Below the pieces are notes generated by a model that worked only from the letters and a program-made list of their open reading frames with translations, was not told the origin of the DNA and did not search any database. Shown here piece by piece: positions 46,029-54,929 of a stretch of 64,000 nt of DNA. The DNA comes from Anthoceros angustus (Eukaryota > Plantae > Anthocerotophyta). The stretch lies in assembly GCA_010909165.1 (NCBI GenBank), contig MU008162.1:1364001-1428000 (forward strand), read 5' to 3'. How positions within the stretch are numbered: position 1 is the first letter of the stretch; the number at the start of each line of letters is the position of its first letter. The position numbers and the translations under genes are program-made.

Positions 46029-46964
46029 ATGAATTCATCATTGCAAACTCATGAGCAAAAGCTTTGTCGGAACAAAATGACGAGGAGAGCTAATATTAAT
46101 GATTTAAATACAATTGATGAAGTTATTGATGCTTCACAAGTAGATGATGTTCATAATGCTGATGCAACACAGACTATATCACATGAAGGAAGGAAGGAGG
46201 AAGGTCTCACGTCTCGTGGTCTCACACATGGGGAACCCCACGCGCCCCTAGCGGCGGGGACCGGAGAAATAGATATGGAAGATATTTCGAAGAACAAAGA
46301 AAACCAAGTTTTGCATGAAGTGGCATCCACTGGTGATATCTTGTTGATTAATTCACTAAAAAACAACCTCATCAAGTTCGTGTTAGAGCTTGAAAATACT
46401 GACATGAACACATTCTTTACAAAAGTCCAAACTATTGGTGATGTGACATCTCGTCTATTAAATGAGGCTAGGGAGTTAAACGTTAAAAATAATGAGGAGA
46501 TTATGCCATCAAATAAGGTCACCGAGCAAACTATGTTATTAAACGAGGGTGTCGAGCATCTTATACCATTGAACGAGGTCACAGACTTAAATGTTGAAAA
46601 TAAGGAGCAGGGTCTGCCATTGAACAAGGTCACAAATTTAAATGTTGACAATAAAGTGCAAGAGATGTCAATGGATGAGGTCACGGACCTAAATGTTGAA
46701 AAAAAGAAGCAGGTTATGAATCCGGAACAAATAAAAGCTTTACGTAAGGAAAGACAAAAACGTAAGAAGCAAAACAAGAAGAAAAGGAAAAAGAGTATTA
46801 TTCATAATAAGGAGTTAATAAGTGATACTAGCATTGAGCCGCTATGCATTATCTATAATAAGGAGTTAGTTAGTGATACTAGCATTAAGCCGCTATATAC
46901 ATATATATTATTTTTTGTATTTCTAGGGTGTCTTTTTACTCGCCAAATTATTTCTAGTGAGTGA
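46029..46964 (+). CDS. Orphan 311-aa ORF with 17-aa repeats, basic cluster and C-terminal hydrophobic tail
   Basis: ATG-initiated 936-nt ORF in AT-rich DNA; no family recognised. Confidence 0.4.
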   Translation: MNSSLQTHEQKLCRNKMTRRANINDLNTIDEVIDASQVDDVHNADATQTISHEGRKEEGLTSRGLTHGEPHAPLAAGTGEIDMEDISKNKENQVLHEVASTGDILLINSLKNNLIKFVLELENTDMNTFFTKVQTIGDVTSRLLNEARELNVKNNEEIMPSNKVTEQTMLLNEGVEHLIPLNEVTDLNVENKEQGLPLNKVTNLNVDNKVQEMSMDEVTDLNVEKKKQVMNPEQIKALRKERQKRKKQNKKKRKKSIIHNKELISDTSIEPLCIIYNKELVSDTSIKPLYTYILFFVFLGCLFTRQIISSE

Positions 46965-47301
46965 TTTCGTCATTATAGTGATTTCGACGTAATCGTAATT
47001 TTACCTAGCTCAATCCTGATTTGCTTAATATCCTCTGCCATCTCTAACCTCTATAATACTTTTCATTGTTTTCGATCGTTTGTGCAGAATCAACAGCAAC
47101 CTTCACCACAGTGAGGCTTGTCACCACTGCACATACAATTTTAACAATCCAGTTAACAGCCCTCTGTAATCCTACGTCTACAAGCTGCATAAACCGGCTG
47201 CCATTTTCAACGAAATGTGTTCTTAAAACAAAGTATGTGAAGAGTTGTGAAACCTAGTTGCACAAAATAAATGTTGTGATACCTAGTTGCCGTTTCTTGA
47301 T

Positions 47302-47403
47302 AGGTAATTACTTGCATATGTTTTCTTCTATATGAGGTGGCATTTAATGAGGAGGTAATTACTTGCATATGTTTTCTTCTATATGAGGTGGCATTTAATG
47401 AGG
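47302..47403. repeat. 51-bp perfect tandem duplication
   Basis: AGGTAATTACTTGCATATG...TTTAATGAGG x2. Confidence 0.92.
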
Positions 47404-48298
47404 AACCAGGCTAACATCAAACCTCTTTATCTCCGCTCGCACCTAAGACTGTGCAAAGACTTCCATAAATTTTTCAAGTCTTGTGCCAAATCCTACCATG
47501 CCCGCAGGCATGGCGCGGGCTGTCCCTTTCCTATTTTACAGCTTATTTCAGACAGCGGGCTTCCATTGCCCTTCAAAAAGCTCTCTCCCAGCAGTCCTTC
47601 ACAAGGCGGTGACAGCAGGTGACACTCCCTCCTCTTCCTCCGTGATTTGTAGGCGTTTTGTTCTTCTTGTGATGTTTTGGGAGCAATACTTAGCTTTAGG
47701 TAGGGAGTTTAGTCGCTCCTTTTCATCTTGACCCTCGGGGTCGTCCTTGGTTGACCTCTGATCAATGAGAAGTATACACTACAAAGAAAAAGATTGACCT
47801 CTGGCCAGGTGCAGCCAGCACTGGTGACCAGCTGTACTATAGTGCCACAGGCGTGATCATCTGCGCGCTGGGTGCAAGCCGTGCCTTCCAGCTGAGCCCT
47901 ACACTTTGAATATATCTCGATTCAGCAGCCTTCCCAACTCAGGGTGCTGATTCAGGCCTGAGCCGGGATCGATTCAGATTCAGGCCTCAATTGACAGGGG
48001 TTCGATCCACCCTGAACCGCAGCGCTGACGAGATCGGTAGGCCATAGACCTTGCCTCGATTGCTGCTCTCCATCGAAACATTTCCTTGGTATCCCCTGCA
48101 TCTGCTCACATCACCTATCGGTGAACTCGAAGGTAGCTGTAGCGTGCGCATGAATGGAGGCGAAACCTTTGTTCTCCAGCAACCCGTTTCGATTCTTCAG
48201 AAATTTCCTGATTAGATCCCGTTGCTGCTGGCCGAGTAGGGCGGCAAATGCCCCCGTCCCCACATAACTATTATTGTGTGGCGAATAGATCTTGGAAA

Positions 48299-51200
48299 TT
48301 ACTTTACAGATGACTTGTTCAGCTCCTTGTTTAGGTTCCTTAATATTTCATAAATTCGGTCACTGTGACGGTGTGTGGAATCTCGTACCATGAACGAATG
48401 CACTTCCTGTTCATGCTCAATCCAGCTTTGCCCAGGCCTTTTCCATGCACCCGAGATTCGTCTCAACTCATCCACCTCCTTGGCTAACTCCCACATTCCA
48501 GCATGGGCGTAAATATTTGTCATGAGTACATATGGTGCAGCTTCTCTGGGTTGCAGCTCCAAGGCAGAATCAAATGCTAGTCTTGCCAGGGAGATGTTGC
48601 CATGTTTGCAGCAGGCACCAAGTAAGGACACCCACATGGACCAATCAGGAGGCATCGGCATTTCCAATAACAGATTAGCTGCCTCGCTCAGCAGACCTGC
48701 TCGACTGAAGAGGTCGAGCATGCTCGCATAGTGCTCTATTGCAGGAGTGATATTGTACTCTGTGGTCATCAAGTTGAAGTATTCAAGGCCCTGGTCCACC
48801 CTGCCGGCGTGGCTGCAAGCAGACAGGAGTGAGACGAAAGTGATTCCATCTGGTTGGAGGCCATCCCTTTGCATCTGCAAGAAGCATGCCACTGTCATGT
48901 CTGCGTCCCCTTGCTGGGCATACCCGGTGATCAACGCATTCCAGGACACCACATCGTGTTGGGGCATTGAGTCGAACACGCCGTGAGCATCCACCATGCT
49001 CCCACAGTTGGCATAGGCATGTATGAGAGCAGTTGCCAGAGCGAGACTCGACGTATATCCTCCAGCAGCAATATCACGATGAATTTGCACACACATGTCC
49101 AGGGCTCCAGTATTGCTGCAAGCTTTAAGGATCCCCATGAATGTGAACTCATCTGGTCTTACACCTTCTGATTCCATCTGTCGAAAGAGCAGCCCAACCA
49201 TGTCACCCTGATCCTGTTCGGCATATGCAGCAATCATGGCATTCCAACATACCACATTCCTCTCAGGCAGCCTGTCAAAAGCATGTTGTGCATCCACCAC
49301 GCTTCCACACTTGGCATATGCATTGATGAGTCTGCCAGCAACAGACGCATCTGAGTTGTAGCCCCAACGGTTTGCTTCAGCATGAATGGCCTTCACCCTT
49401 TGAAGACAGTCAACCTTGAAGGCTTGCCCATCTATTTTGGTGCTTTCTTCCCGTTCGGACAGGGTACTGCATGCCTGGAGAATGCCTGCGAAGGTGCGTT
49501 CGTCTGGAGAGAGGCCTTGATCCAGCAATTGAGCAAAAAGGTCCAGAGCGATCCCTTCTTGATCCTGTTGGGCATAACCAGTGATCAACACATTAAATGA
49601 TACCACAGTACGTCGCGATAGCCTGTCAAATACATATTGTGCATCTTCGATGCTGTTACACTTGGCATACAAATTGATGAGGCTGTTACCCACAAACGAG
49701 TCATCTTCGTAAGCCCTCCGAGCAGCTTCTGAATGGATGGTTTTCCCCTTCTGAAGTAATTCTACTTTGACAGACCGCCCACCTATTTGTATCCCACTGT
49801 CCAAATTTGTTAGGCTCGCAAACGCTTTCAGCAAACAAGCAAATGTCCTGTCATTGGGTTCAAGGCCTTGATCTAGCATAACGCTGTAAAGCTCCAAAAC
49901 CTCCTTTGCCTGTCCCGCCTGGGCATATCCTGCAAGCAACGCATTCCATGACACCACATTATGCTGGGACAATTGGTCAAACAACTGGTGCGCTTGTGCG
50001 ATGCTCCCACACTTCGCATAAATGCTGACGAGGGTATTACCTACAAAGATATCCGATTCAAAACCCTTTGATGCGGCTTCAGCATGTAGTGCCTTCACTT
50101 TCTGCAGCCACTCAACTTTGATGGATTGTCCATCCAAGGAAGTGCTTTCATCCATATCTGCCAGATTTCCACATGCTTGAAGCACACTGACTATTGTCCG
50201 TTCATTTGGATTGGTTCCTTCCTTTAGCATCTGGCCGTAGCATTCTAACGCTTTCTCTCCACGAGCCTGTTGAGCATACCCTGCCATCATTGCATTCCAC
50301 GACACCACATCTCGTTGGGACAATGCATTGAACACTAACTCTGCATCTGTTAGGCTGCCGCACTTTGTGTACAAACTAACCAGAGTGTTACCAACTAAAC
50401 CATCCCACCCATATCCTTGCACAACAGCTTCTGCATGGATTGCCTTGCCCCTCTGCAGTGAAGTCAACCTCATACTTCGCCCCTCTACAAGCACGGTTTC
50501 CTCCTTGCCGGCAAGGCTGCTACATGCTCTCAAGGTGCTGACAAAGGTACAAGAATCGGGTTTGACATCCTCCTTTTGCATTTGTAGGAACAACATCAAG
50601 ACATTCTCGTGTTGTCCCTGCTGTACATACCCTGTAAACATTGCATTCCATACTAGTGTAACCTGCCGTGGTGATGTGTCAAACACATGCCGTGCATGGT
50701 GAATGCTACCACAGTTGGCATACATACCAATAAGAGTGCTGTAGTACACTACAGAATTCGCGTCCATCCCAGCAGTAGCGGCGGCAGCAGCAGCATGTAT
50801 TGCCATCCCTGTTTGAAGCGACGTCACTTTGATGAACTCCCAATCTATGAAAAGGGTTTCCTCCTTGTCTGCAAGAATATTACAAGCTTGAAGGGCGCTG
50901 ACAAAGGTCCAGACATCTGGAAGCACAGCTTCTTCTTGCATCTGGCTATACAGCAGCAAAGCCTTCTCTGGCTGAGCCTGATGACAATACCCTGCAAGCA
51001 TCGCGTTCCATGTTATTACATCCGTTTCGAACAATTTGTCAAATACATGTTGAGCATCCAAGACGGCTCCACACTTTGCATACATGCTAACAAGAGTGCT
51101 ACCAACAAAGACATCTGTTGTATAACCCCACACAGCAGCTTGAGCATGAAATGCCTTGCCCTTTTGCAGAGACAACAACTTGGTGGTCCGACCATTCACA

Positions 51201-52444
51201 AAAACTTCTTCTTCCTTGTCTGCAAGGCTGCCACATGCTTGGAGCATACTCACAATCGTTCGGTCATCTGGAGCAACACCTTCGTCTAACATATCTGTAT
51301 AGAGCCGCAAAGCTTGCTCCCCCTCTCCCAGTTGTGCATATGCTGCGAGCATCGCATTCCATGAAACAACATCTCGCTGCGGTATTGTCTCAAACAACTG
51401 CTGCGCATCCAAAAGGTTTCCACACTTTGCATACGCACTAATGAGAGAGTTAGCAACAAACACTTGCGACTGATAACCCCTGCGAGAAGATTCAACATGA
51501 ACAGCCTTCACCTTTTCTAGAGACACCAGCTTGAGGCGTCGACCATTGAGGAGCACGCCTTCCTCCATCTCTGCCATGCCAGCGCATGCTTTCACCATGG
51601 TAACCAGGGTACGATCATCTGGACAGATGCCCTCCTCCTGCATCTTGTAGTAGAGGTGCCAAGCCTTTTCCCCCTCTTGCCGTAGAGAATATCCTGCAAG
51701 CATTGCATTCCATGAGACCACACTCCGCTGTGACATCCTATCAAACACATGGCGGGCATTTACAGTGCTTCCACACTTGACATACATATCGATTAGTGCG
51801 GTAGAGATATACACATCAGTCTCAAATCTGTATCTCAAAACCTGGGCATGAATCCGAGTGCCTTCTTCCAAGTCTGTTAAGCTGGAGCAAGCTTTGAGCA
51901 AGGGGACGAAGGTGTATTTGTCTGGCTGCATTCCTCCTTCTTGCATCTTCCAGTACAAACTGAGAGCCTCCTGAGCCTGCCCAGATTTGGTGTAGGCTGA
52001 AATGAGTGCATTCCAGGAGAAGGCAGTTCGGTACGACAAACGATTGAACAGTTGGTGGGCATCCTGAAGCCCACCACACATGAGCAGCGCCTTCACACTT
52101 GACTCCCCCAAAAATACATCACACCCATATCCATTGTCTGCCAAATGGGCATACACTCGCTTTGCCTCAGCCAATGCCTTCTTCCTTATACAAGCCTGCA
52201 AGAGATGCCAGTACAGGTTTCCTGAAGGCATCTGGCCCTGCCTGTCCATCCACAGCAACGCATCATGTACCTGGCCTGTGTCGCAGAGCTGTCTCAGCTC
52301 ACAGTCATCGTCCCCTGTAACATCATTGCGTCGCCAGCCACAGGTTACGGCCACTCCATTCAGCTTTGCAATCCGTGTGTCTCTCCTGGAAGACGCACAG
52401 CTGGCCACGGAATGCCAGCCCGGTAGGGAGGATAGCCGCAGCAT
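48299..52444 (-). CDS. PLS-class PPR protein, E+ (PG-box, no catalytic DYW), ~32 motifs, 1381 aa
   Basis: P-L-S triplets (VVSWNAM.AGY / RTF...LQAC / FVGN.L..YAKCG), P2-L2-S2-E1-E2, ending KRPGQSWIE...; Ser/Arg-rich transit-like N-terminus. Confidence 0.95.
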   Translation of the reverse strand: MLRLSSLPGWHSVASCASSRRDTRIAKLNGVAVTCGWRRNDVTGDDDCELRQLCDTGQVHDALLWMDRQGQMPSGNLYWHLLQACIRKKALAEAKRVYAHLADNGYGCDVFLGESSVKALLMCGGLQDAHQLFNRLSYRTAFSWNALISAYTKSGQAQEALSLYWKMQEGGMQPDKYTFVPLLKACSSLTDLEEGTRIHAQVLRYRFETDVYISTALIDMYVKCGSTVNARHVFDRMSQRSVVSWNAMLAGYSLRQEGEKAWHLYYKMQEEGICPDDRTLVTMVKACAGMAEMEEGVLLNGRRLKLVSLEKVKAVHVESSRRGYQSQVFVANSLISAYAKCGNLLDAQQLFETIPQRDVVSWNAMLAAYAQLGEGEQALRLYTDMLDEGVAPDDRTIVSMLQACGSLADKEEEVFVNGRTTKLLSLQKGKAFHAQAAVWGYTTDVFVGSTLVSMYAKCGAVLDAQHVFDKLFETDVITWNAMLAGYCHQAQPEKALLLYSQMQEEAVLPDVWTFVSALQACNILADKEETLFIDWEFIKVTSLQTGMAIHAAAAAATAGMDANSVVYYSTLIGMYANCGSIHHARHVFDTSPRQVTLVWNAMFTGYVQQGQHENVLMLFLQMQKEDVKPDSCTFVSTLRACSSLAGKEETVLVEGRSMRLTSLQRGKAIHAEAVVQGYGWDGLVGNTLVSLYTKCGSLTDAELVFNALSQRDVVSWNAMMAGYAQQARGEKALECYGQMLKEGTNPNERTIVSVLQACGNLADMDESTSLDGQSIKVEWLQKVKALHAEAASKGFESDIFVGNTLVSIYAKCGSIAQAHQLFDQLSQHNVVSWNALLAGYAQAGQAKEVLELYSVMLDQGLEPNDRTFACLLKAFASLTNLDSGIQIGGRSVKVELLQKGKTIHSEAARRAYEDDSFVGNSLINLYAKCNSIEDAQYVFDRLSRRTVVSFNVLITGYAQQDQEGIALDLFAQLLDQGLSPDERTFAGILQACSTLSEREESTKIDGQAFKVDCLQRVKAIHAEANRWGYNSDASVAGRLINAYAKCGSVVDAQHAFDRLPERNVVCWNAMIAAYAEQDQGDMVGLLFRQMESEGVRPDEFTFMGILKACSNTGALDMCVQIHRDIAAGGYTSSLALATALIHAYANCGSMVDAHGVFDSMPQHDVVSWNALITGYAQQGDADMTVACFLQMQRDGLQPDGITFVSLLSACSHAGRVDQGLEYFNLMTTEYNITPAIEHYASMLDLFSRAGLLSEAANLLLEMPMPPDWSMWVSLLGACCKHGNISLARLAFDSALELQPREAAPYVLMTNIYAHAGMWELAKEVDELRRISGAWKRPGQSWIEHEQEVHSFMVRDSTHRHSDRIYEILRNLNKELNKSSVK

Positions 52445-52582
52445 GGCATCTGCGACACCACCCTCCAGTAGCTTGCATGGGTGAGGCAGCTACATTATGT
52501 ACTCGTTTCTAAAACTTCTCAGAGCCTCATTTGATCTGTGTGGTGTGGCTGGGCTGGATCCGCATGTGCATGTGTCTCTGCC

Positions 52583-54919
52583 ATGCCAGTGGCCTGTGCA
52601 GAGTACACACCATGTCGCACCGTGGTCAATCTCTGCAGGGAGGGACATCTGGACAAGGCCATGCTGGTCCTACTGCGCATGGACCAACAAGGTTGCGTCC
52701 CTTCAGCTGGAATGTACAAGATGCTGCTGCAGGCCTGCATGCAACAGAAAGCCCTGGCGCAGGCCAGGCGGGTGCAAGCTCAATTGGCAAGACATGGGCT
52801 GGAGACGGATTCTTGTCTGGGCCAGCTTGTGGTGTCCACTTTGGTGAATTGTGGAGGTCTGGACTATGGGCTCCAACTGTTTCGAAGATTGCCTCACCGA
52901 ACTGTTTTCTCATGGACAGCCGTCATTTCAGGGTATTGCAAAGCAGGAGATGGTCGTCGGGCTCTCTCCTGCTACGAGCAGATGCAGCAGGAAGGAGTTC
53001 ATCCTAACAACTACACGCTGGTTGCCCTGATCAAAGCCTGCAGCAGCCTGGGAGATCTAAAGGAGGGCAAGCGCATGCACTCACATGCTCGGCAACATGG
53101 TTTGGAATCCGACGTGTTTGTTGCCACAGCGCTGGTGAGTATGTATGCAAAGTGCGGGAGCATGGCAGATGCACACCACGTCTTTAACCAGCTGTCTGAC
53201 CGAAATGTAGTGTCATGGAATGTTATCCTTACAGCATATACACAGCATGGTCAAGGGGAACAGGCCTTGAACATGTTCCGGAAAATGCAAGAAGAAGGCG
53301 GGATTCCAGATGCTCGCACCTATGTCGCTGCCCTCCAAGCATGTGGGATCATGGCGGAGCGAGAGGAAAATGCAACTGTTGGTGTCCTGGATACAGTCAA
53401 ACTGGATTCACTGCACAAGGGGAAGAAAATTCATGCCCAAGCAGCTGGAAGGGGGTTGGCCTGCAACATTTTTGTGAGGAATGCCTTGGTAACTATGTAT
53501 GCAAAATGTGGGAGCATTGAGGATGCCCAACGACTGTTCGATCAAATGGCAGACCGCACTGTTGTGTCCTGGAATGCATTGGTTGCAGCATATTCGCAAC
53601 AGGGACAAGGACAAAAGGCCTTGCACATCTACGCCGAGATGCAAGAGAAAGGTGTGAAGGCAGATGACCGAACGTTTGTCAGTGCTCTCCAAGCATGTAG
53701 CAGTCTTGCAGAAAGGGAGGAAAGTACAGAAGTGGATGGGCAACACATAAGAGTGGAGTCTCTCCAAAAGGGTAAGGAATTACATGAGAGAGCTTCTCGT
53801 GTCGGCTATGATGTCTTTGTTGGTAATACATTGGTCAGTATGTACGCCAAGTGTGGGAGTATCAAGGATTCACAACATGTTTTCGACAGAATGTCTCTCC
53901 GAGATGTGATGTCATGGAAAACGATGATTGCAGCATATGCTGAGCAGGACCAGGGAGAAAAGGCTTTGCACACCTATGGACTAATGCAGACGGCATCTGT
54001 TGAACCTAATGAGGCTATCTTTCAGTCGGTACTGGAAGCCTGCAGCAACATGGGAGTCTTGGATGTCTGCCGCCAAACCCACCACAAAATTATAGACTGT
54101 GGATTAGAACGCAGACTCTCTGTGGCAAACAGTCTGATTCATGCTTTTGGCAAGTGTGGCAGCATGGTGGATGCTCAGTTCGTATTTCACTCATTGGCTT
54201 CTCCTGATGTTGTGTCCTGGACTGCGCTAATCGCTGGCTACGGACGCCAAGGAGATTGTGAGGCGAGTCAGAAATGTTATGAGGATATGCTTCTGGCAGG
54301 CGTCAAGCCTAATGGAGTCACATTTCTGGCTCTTTTGTCTGCATGTGGCCATGCTGGCATGGTGGACAGAGGACTAGAGCTCTTTCTAAGCATGACCAGA
54401 GATCATGGCCTTCTTGCGGGGCCGGAGCATTACGTTTCCCTGATCAATCTTCTGTGCCGTGGTGGGTTGTTCACCATCGCCGAGAGTCTGGCTTCTGAAT
54501 TGCCACTGCAGCTCGCATTGCACGCGTGGCTCTGTTTGCTTAGTGCTTGCCAGAGACACGGAAATGTGAAGGTGGGAAGGCGTGCCTTCGACCGTGCTGT
54601 AGCTCTGGAGCCCAAACAAGCTGCAGCCTATGTCGTCATGTCGAACATCTATGCTCAGGCTGGCATGTGGGAGTGTGCACGTGAGATAGATGACATGAGG
54701 CAAACAGCGAGAGCATGCAAGAAGCCTGGGCAAAGTTGGATTGAGCATGAAAAGGAGGTGCACACATTTCTGGTGGGGGACCAAAGGCATCAGCAAGGGA
54801 AACTGCTGTATGGACTGCTGAATGAGATAAGCTCAATCCTGGGGCAGCAGCCAAAGCTTGGTGAACAGGTGGCTTACGGCACAGGTCTGAAGAAACACTA
54901 CGCCCAGTCACGGTGGTAA
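52583..54919 (+). CDS. PLS-class PPR protein, E+ (PG-box, no catalytic DYW)
   Basis: The ORF track starts at GTG 52538; the first in-frame ATG is 52583. PLS triplets, E1/E2, KKPGQSWIEHEKEVHTF, then stop before any HxE/CxxC. True start uncertain. Confidence 0.92.
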   Translation: MPVACAEYTPCRTVVNLCREGHLDKAMLVLLRMDQQGCVPSAGMYKMLLQACMQQKALAQARRVQAQLARHGLETDSCLGQLVVSTLVNCGGLDYGLQLFRRLPHRTVFSWTAVISGYCKAGDGRRALSCYEQMQQEGVHPNNYTLVALIKACSSLGDLKEGKRMHSHARQHGLESDVFVATALVSMYAKCGSMADAHHVFNQLSDRNVVSWNVILTAYTQHGQGEQALNMFRKMQEEGGIPDARTYVAALQACGIMAEREENATVGVLDTVKLDSLHKGKKIHAQAAGRGLACNIFVRNALVTMYAKCGSIEDAQRLFDQMADRTVVSWNALVAAYSQQGQGQKALHIYAEMQEKGVKADDRTFVSALQACSSLAEREESTEVDGQHIRVESLQKGKELHERASRVGYDVFVGNTLVSMYAKCGSIKDSQHVFDRMSLRDVMSWKTMIAAYAEQDQGEKALHTYGLMQTASVEPNEAIFQSVLEACSNMGVLDVCRQTHHKIIDCGLERRLSVANSLIHAFGKCGSMVDAQFVFHSLASPDVVSWTALIAGYGRQGDCEASQKCYEDMLLAGVKPNGVTFLALLSACGHAGMVDRGLELFLSMTRDHGLLAGPEHYVSLINLLCRGGLFTIAESLASELPLQLALHAWLCLLSACQRHGNVKVGRRAFDRAVALEPKQAAAYVVMSNIYAQAGMWECAREIDDMRQTARACKKPGQSWIEHEKEVHTFLVGDQRHQQGKLLYGLLNEISSILGQQPKLGEQVAYGTGLKKHYAQSRW

Positions 54920-54929
54920 GCAGTATCAT

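Noticed and set aside
47777-47790. CACTACAAAGAAAA resembling a CACTA terminal inverted repeat
   Set aside because: No matching opposite terminus or transposase found in the window.
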